Shown here: piece after piece, positions 53,987 to 61,022 of the stretch | Numbering within the stretch: position 1 is the first letter of the stretch | How the letters are laid out: each line of letters opens with the position of its first letter | DNA from: Octopus sinensis | Lineage: Eukaryota | Assembly (NCBI RefSeq): GCF_006345805.1 | Contig: NW_021834508.1 | Span: 1-61,022, forward strand | DNA: 61,022 nt | Direction of reading: 5' to 3' | Position numbers and translations under genes: made by a program | Notes under the pieces: model-generated | The model's input: only the letters and a program-made list of their open reading frames with translations | Databases searched by the model: none | Told to the model about the DNA's origin: nothing

Positions 53987-55338
53987 CACAAATAAAACTA
54001 CATGAAACTGGTCAGTTATTCCGTGAGTACACTGAAGAAATCTAAGACTAATTTAGTAAGAGCAGTAACGATTTCTTGGAAAATTGAAACGGAAATGAAT
54101 AATAGATCAAAATAAAAAAAATATATATAAATATTACAGATGAGAAAATGAAAAAGATGCTTTAGAAAATACGAGGTTGTTAGACCAGGCCAGATCAGTG
54201 ATTCAGGCTTTTCAGTTTCAGAAATATGCACAGATACATACGACCATTTCTTACTGACCGTAACAAAAAAAAAAAAGAAAGAAAAATGGTAGCCAATGAT
54301 GACAAACATCAAACACATAGTTAATAGAACGATAAACAAAAGAGGCGGAAGTCAGTAATCATAGACCTATTACGTGCTTACCGTCGTCTGGAAATTATTA
54401 ACTGCACTCAAAGTAAATGAAGAATATAAGATTTTGAAGAAAGAAAATTTAATGCTTCAAGAGGGAAACAATTCCAGAAAAATGTCAATGGAAACTGCTG
54501 TTCTGCTGTACATTGGTAACATGTTATCTGGTGAGGTAATAACAAACAAAAAACATCTTAGCAGCTGGATAGATAGTCTATAAAAAAAAACACAAAAAAA
54601 ACAGAAAGAAAACAAACGATTATCCTGATTCATATAGGGCCTTGGGCACCTATAAATGCACCTGCATACATAGATGCACAAAAGGCGGTGCTCCAGCATG
54701 ACAACAGTCAGATGACTGAAACAAATATATGAACAATGGAATATACATACATACATACATACATACGTATTTACATACATATATACGTGTAGGTGTGTAT
54801 ACATACCCAGGCACACAACACATACACACAAAAAATACCCTGGGCGAATCGTGTCGTTACAGGTAAATGTTTTCCGATAATCAGATGTCTTCAAATCGTT
54901 CATGTGATCTAGCGTTTTCTCATCTATAGCCATAACCATTATGCTCTCCAACGCCGCTGGCTGTTAACTAATACATCAAGCAGTACCCAAAACACAATGG
55001 CATGAAGGAAATAAAAACAAATAACTTCAAATTTAGCCGGAACACCCTGTATATCAACGGGAGAAGTTGTGAGAAAATAACAAGATAAATGGAGTCAATG
55101 AAGGGCGTGGATTAGCCATTGGATTAGCCATTGGATTATTAGCATATGCGATCATAACGTTTCAATGTGTTACGTAAATTGAATACAAATCTGCGTAAAT
55201 TGAATGCAAATATGGGGATAAATTGCGTTTAGCGCTCAAAATGGCAGCCAAAACATAGATTTCGTAAAAACATATGAAGAGGTATATATTACATACATAC
55301 ATTCATATATACATACATACACACACACACACACACAC

Positions 55339-55407
<69 letters not shown>

Positions 55408-55600
55408 TCCTTGTTAGTGGTCCTTGTTAGTGTATGTTTTCATTCGTGCGCGTTAACTACAGCATTAGAGCGGTTTAGCTCTTATTTCTAGCAATATCAT
55501 TTTTTAAGAACCTAGTCGCGTTTAGTGACAATTATAATTGTCCTTTTTGATGAAACATGTCAAACTGGTGTTTATATCTATCTATCTATCTATCTATCTA

Positions 55601-55633
<33 letters not shown>

Positions 55634-55646
55634 CATCTATCTATAT

Positions 55647-55698
<52 letters not shown>

Positions 55699-55747
55699 TT
55701 ATATTATATATATATATATATATCTATATATATATATATATATATAT

Positions 55748-56118
55748 AGGCGCAGGAGTGGCTGTGTGGTAAATAGCTTGCTAACCAACCACGGTTGCGG
55801 GTCAGTCCCACTGCGTGGCATCTTGGGCAAGTGTCTTCTGCTATAGCCCCGGGCCGACCAATGCCTTGTGAGTGGATTTGGTAGACGGAAACTGAAAGAA
55901 GAAGCCTGTCGTATATATGTATATATATGTATATGTGTGTGTGTTGTGTGTCTGTGTTTGTCCCCTAGCATTGCTTGACAACCGATGCTGGTGTGATTAC
56001 GTCCCCGTCACTTAGCGGTTCGGCAAAAAGAGACCGATAGAATAAGTACTAAAAGGTGGTGCTCCAGCATGGCCGCAGTCAAATGACTGAAACAAGTAAA
56101 AGAGTAAAGAGTAAAAGA

Positions 56119-56119
<1 letters not shown>
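55748..56119 (+). mobile_element. SINE family A, with further fragments at 56157-56325 and 56555-56620
   Basis: Head, body and tail match the family. Confidence 0.88.
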
Positions 56120-56153
<34 letters not shown>

Positions 56154-56331
56154 CATTGGCGCAGGCGTGGCTCAGTGGTAAGTTTGCTTCCCAATGACAT
56201 TGTTCCGGATTCAGTCCCGCTGCGTTGCAACTTGAGCAAGTGTCTTCTGCTATACCCCTCGGCCCGACCAAAGCCTTGTGGGTGTGGTTTGGTGTACACG
56301 GAAGCTGAAAGACGCCCGTCGTATGTATAAC

Positions 56332-56363
<32 letters not shown>

Positions 56364-56373
56364 TATTATATAT

Positions 56374-56495
<122 letters not shown>

Positions 56496-56758
56496 TATGC
56501 GCGTATTTTCCCTTGTTAAAAATTAACGCGAAAAAAAATCTTTAAATAGTAATCAAGGCGGTGCTTCAGCATGGTCACAGTCATATGACTGAAACAAGTA
56601 AAAGAGTAAAAGAGAGAGTAAAGAGTACCAAAAAATCACACAAGTAAAAGGGTGTAACTCCTTGTTTTTAAAGCTTGAAAATCTGGGTTTACGTGAAATA
56701 TTTTGTATAATAAGTAAATAGATGGAGTTAAACACAGGTGTTATTCAAATTATTTTAC

Positions 56759-56843
56759 CTCCGACACATGTTTCGAAGATATCATTGGTATTACTCCAAT
56801 GGAATGAAATGGAGTAAAACAATGTAATCTTCTCTTCATGGAA
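56759..56843 (-). ncRNA. Hammerhead-like motif with an extended stem II (C3 position is A)
   Basis: Reverse strand TTCC-ATGAAGA-GAAGAT..CATTG..TTACTCCA loop TGGAGTAA..CAATG..ATCTTC-GAAA-C ATGT G-TC-GGAG; GUC site and palindromic ACATGT in stem III. Confidence 0.68.
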
Positions 56844-56893
56844 ATGAAGAAATGAAACTCACGAGTAAGATATTTTAACAGAATATGATGGAT

Positions 56894-57305
56894 AGGCGTA
56901 GGAGTGGCTGTGTGGTAAGTAGCTTGTTTACCAACCACATGGTTCCAGGTTCAGTCCCACTGCGTGGCATCTTGGGCAAGTGTCTTCTACTATAGCCTCG
57001 GGCCGACCAAAACCTTTGTGAGTGGATTTGGCAGACGGAAACCGAAAGAAGCCCGTCGTATATATGTATATATGTGTGTGCGTGTATGTTTGTGTGTCTG
57101 TGTTTGTCCCCCTAGAATTGCTTGACAACCGATGCTGGTGTGTTTATGTCCCCGTCACTTAGCGGTTCGGCAAAAGAGACCGATAGAATAAGTACTGGGC
57201 TTACAAAAGAATAAGTCCCGGGGTCGATTTGCTCGATTAAAGGCGGTGCTCCAGCATGCCCACAGTCAAATGACTGAAACAAGTAAAAGAATAAAGAGTA
57301 AAGAG
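56894..57305 (+). mobile_element. SINE family A inserted within a PLE-like module
   Basis: Full-length match, lying between the inverted copies at 56720-56770 and 57836-57888. Confidence 0.9.
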
Positions 57306-57907
57306 ATATGTGTAGTGATTAACTGAACGCAATTAAGTACAGGGTTTAATAAATTAATTTGGTATCTAAAAGACCACAATAAACAATTTTTATTTAGACT
57401 GGTTGATTCTCTCAATTTCGATAGCTTATGGTAAAGGAATTCTGTCTTCTCTGTAATTTTGAACTATCTTTCTTTTTTCTAAAAATTCTCTTGTAAACAC
57501 GGCGATGGAGCGTGCACACCGATGTAAATATTGGCAGAAACACACCTTTTGTTCATAGAAGTGATATCTATCATATATTATTTAATTTTCTTCTTACATT
57601 TCACATTCACTTGATATATCTTTTCCCAAGACAATGGGGTTTCATTTAATTTACATATCCTTATATGCTTCTCATTTATTTGGGGTTTTTTCTTTCCTCT
57701 ACCCCTCCTCTTTCTATAGGCTACCTTTGACATTATATCCTCCAACGCTTTTTTTAAAAAACAAACCTAATAACGTTCACTTATACATATCCATCATTTT
57801 CTGTTAAAATGGCTTATTGACGAGTTTCATTTCTTCATGTGTCGAAAGTAAAATAATTTGAATAACACCTGCGTTTAAATCCATTTATGCATACATACAT
57901 ACATACA

Positions 57908-57969
<62 letters not shown>

Positions 57970-58040
57970 TATATACATATATATATATATATGTATATAT
58001 ATGTATATATATATTATAATATATATATATTGTATATATA

Positions 58041-58085
<45 letters not shown>

Positions 58086-58657
58086 ATATGTGTATATTTG
58101 TATTTATTTTTTGTGTTTGTGAGTGTTTGTCCCCATCGCTCGACAACCGAATGCTGGTGTGTTTACGTTCCTGTAACCTAGCGGTTCGACAAAAGGGCTG
58201 AGAGATAGAATAAGAACCAAGCTTACAAAGAATAAGTCCTGGGGGTGATTTCTTCGACTAAAAGGCAATGCTCCAGCCATGCTCACAATAACAAACAATA
58301 TATGTAAATATATATTATATATATGTATACATATATATGTGTAATATATATATATATATATTATATATATATATAATATTAGTATATATATATATATATG
58401 TATATTTATGTATATGTAGAAATATAAATATGTATAAATATTAAGATATATATATTATGTATATATATATATATATTGTATATGTAGATATATAAATATG
58501 TATAAATATATATATATACATACATATATATATATATGTATATTTATATATGTATATATATGTATATATATATATATGTGTATATTTAATATATGTATAT
58601 ATATGTGTATGTATGTATATATATATATGTGTATATGTATTTCTATGCATATATATA

Positions 58658-58689
<32 letters not shown>

Positions 58690-59199
58690 ATATAATATAT
58701 ATATAATAATATATATATATGTATATTATATCTCCACATGCGAATGTATCTAAGTATAGATATACAGTTTGGGCAATTATGTTTAATTGGTGGAAGGTAA
58801 TGAGTTACAGAGTCCTAATTGCCTATCTCTAGTAATGGAATGCCTAATGGACAATGATAATCTCCGTGTGTTTCGGTGTAGGTGAGGTGTGAGTGGGGGG
58901 GCGAAGGAATTCTAAAGAACGCGTAAAGAGGTGTAAGAGTTCCTGGCTTAATTTTCCGGTGTAATCTGATTAGATCTTGTGAGATGTGAAAATGTGGGTA
59001 AAGTGTTGACAAATGAGAGGACGATGACGAAGCGGGTGACTACGAGGATGATGACGATGACGAACAAGAGGCTGGCGATGACGTCAACGATGACATAGAT
59101 GTTGGTTTGGGCGATGACCTTGGAGATGGTGATGTTCATATTGGTGACGATAAAAACGATAATAACGATGAAGAAGTGGAAGATAATAAGGATCATGAT

Positions 59200-60216
59200 G
59201 TTGGTGATGATGAGAAGGAACAGGAAGGGTGGATGGATCGGGTGGAAGAGGAAGGGGTGGAAGAAGAAAAAGAAAGAGGAAGGGAACGGTAGTGGGTAAT
59301 ATTGATGATGATAATTAAGGTGATGGTGATGATGATGATGGTGATGATGTTGGCGATGATGAGAAGGAACAGGAAGGGTGGATCGGGTGGAAGAGGAAGG
59401 GGTGGAAGAAGAAAAAGAAAGAGAAAGGGAACGGTAGTGGTAATATTCATGATGAAAATTAGGGTGACGGTGATGATGATGATGGTGATGATGTTGGTGA
59501 TGATGAGAAGGAACAGGAAGGGTGGATGGATCGGGTGGAAGAGGAAGAGGTGGAAGAAGAAAAAGAAAGAGAAAGGGAACGGTAGTGGTAATATTGATGA
59601 TGATAATTAGGGTGACGGTGATGATGATGATGGTGATGATGTTGGCGATGATGAGAAGGAACAGGAAGGGTGGATCGGGTGGAACAGGAAGGGGTGGAAG
59701 AAGAAAAAGAAAGAGGAAGGGAACGGTAGTGGTAATATTGATGATGATAATTAGGGTGATGGTGATGGTGATGATGGTGATGATGTTGGCGATGATGAGA
59801 AGGAAGAGGAAGGGTGGATCGGGTGGAACAGGAAGGGGTGGAAGAAGAAAATTAAAGAGGAAGGGAACGGTAGTGGTAATATTGATGATGATAATTAGGG
59901 TGATGGTGATGATGATGATGGTGATGATGTTGGCGATGATGAGAAGGAACAGGAAGGGTGGATCGGGTGGAAGAGGAAGGGGTGGAAGAAGAAAAAGAAA
60001 GAGGAAGGGACCGGTAGTGGTAATATTGATGATGATAATTAGGGTGATGGTGATGATGATGATGGTGATGATGTTGGCGATGATGAGAAGGAACAGGAAG
60101 GGTGGATCGGGTGGAAGAGGAAGGGGTGGAAGAAGAAAAAGAAAGAGAAAGGGAACGGTAGTGGTAATATTGATGATGAAAATTAGGGTAATGGTAATGA
60201 TGATGATGGTGATGAT
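59200..60216. repeat. 144-bp minisatellite, 7 copies, inside a (GAT)n low-complexity region (58990-60860)
   Basis: Unit starts at 59200, 59349, 59493, 59641, 59785, 59929 and 60073. Confidence 0.93.
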
Positions 60217-60512
60217 GATCATGATTATGAGGAAGAGAATGAAGATGATGATAATGATGATGTTGACAACGACAACGATTATGACCTTGATGATTAGGAG
60301 GAGAAAGACAACGAAGACGATGATGATGATGATGTCGATGTTGATGATAATAATTATGATGACGACGATGACGATGATAATGGTGATAAGGATGATGATG
60401 TTGTTGTTGATGATGATGATGTTGTTGTTGATGATGATGATGACTATGATGATGATGATGATGATGATGACGACGACGATAATGGAGATAATGATGATGA
60501 TGTTGGTAATGG

Positions 60513-60543
<31 letters not shown>

Positions 60544-60545
60544 AG

Positions 60546-60580
<35 letters not shown>

Positions 60581-61022
60581 AGGAGAAAGACAACGATGAT
60601 GATAATAATTAAAATGACGACGACGATAATGGAGATAATGATGATGTTGGTAGTGATGATGCCGATGACGATGGCGATAATAATAATGATGATGATGATG
60701 ATGATGATGAAGATGATGATGTTGACAATGACGATGATAATAATGATGATGGTGATGATGATGATAGTAATAATAATGATGTTGATGCTGATGATGATGA
60801 TGACGACATCGACGATACGGGTGATAATGATGATGATAATGGCATTGATATTGCTAGTATCGATAATATGTATGTGGTGGTGGGGGCCCGGGGTTTGTGA
60901 CGTTGTTTATCGTCAATAAATCAATGCTTGCATCTGATGAGATATTTTATCGATCTGACGTGAATCGAACTCGCAATGTATATTACGCAAATCATGAAGG
61001 ATGTTGATAATAAGTAGGTGAT

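Noticed and set aside
54381-54578. Minus-strand exon with a strong polypyrimidine acceptor and GTAAGC donor
   Set aside because: No convincing reading frame or recognisable product, and such signals arise by chance in AT-rich DNA.
59522-60919. 465-aa Met-rich ORF as a reflectin-like or protamine-like gene
   Set aside because: It lacks the reflectin MD(X)5 motifs and Tyr richness. Met comes from (GAT)n read in the ATG frame, and adjacent units have frameshifts.

Overview
AT-rich eukaryotic non-coding DNA saturated with microsatellites ((TA)n, (TATC)n, (TAA)n, (TACA)n, (CAT)n) and interspersed repeats. The SINE repertoire and repeat style suggest an octopus or other cephalopod genome (inference). 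No intact host gene was recognised, and nearly all listed ORFs are microsatellite or SINE artefacts. Supported elements are several tRNA-derived SINE families, 3' fragments of L1/Tx1, CR1 and Dong/R4-type LINEs, two related L1/Tx1 ORF1-only 5' fragments, Tc1 and DD37D (maT) transposase relics, a hAT-type MITE, a Helitron-like end and a 144-bp minisatellite. The main hidden signal is about 11 minimal type-I hammerhead-ribozyme-like motifs in short non-coding modules, most of them embedded in (TA)-rich tracts. Several have variant catalytic cores (U3-A8 covariation, U6 or C4 substitutions, long stem II) and several lie in or beside 45-200 bp fold-back inverted repeats. This fits a diverse population of Penelope-like (PLE) or retrozyme-like non-autonomous elements. 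All folds and alignments were done by eye, and coordinates of degenerate elements are approximate.
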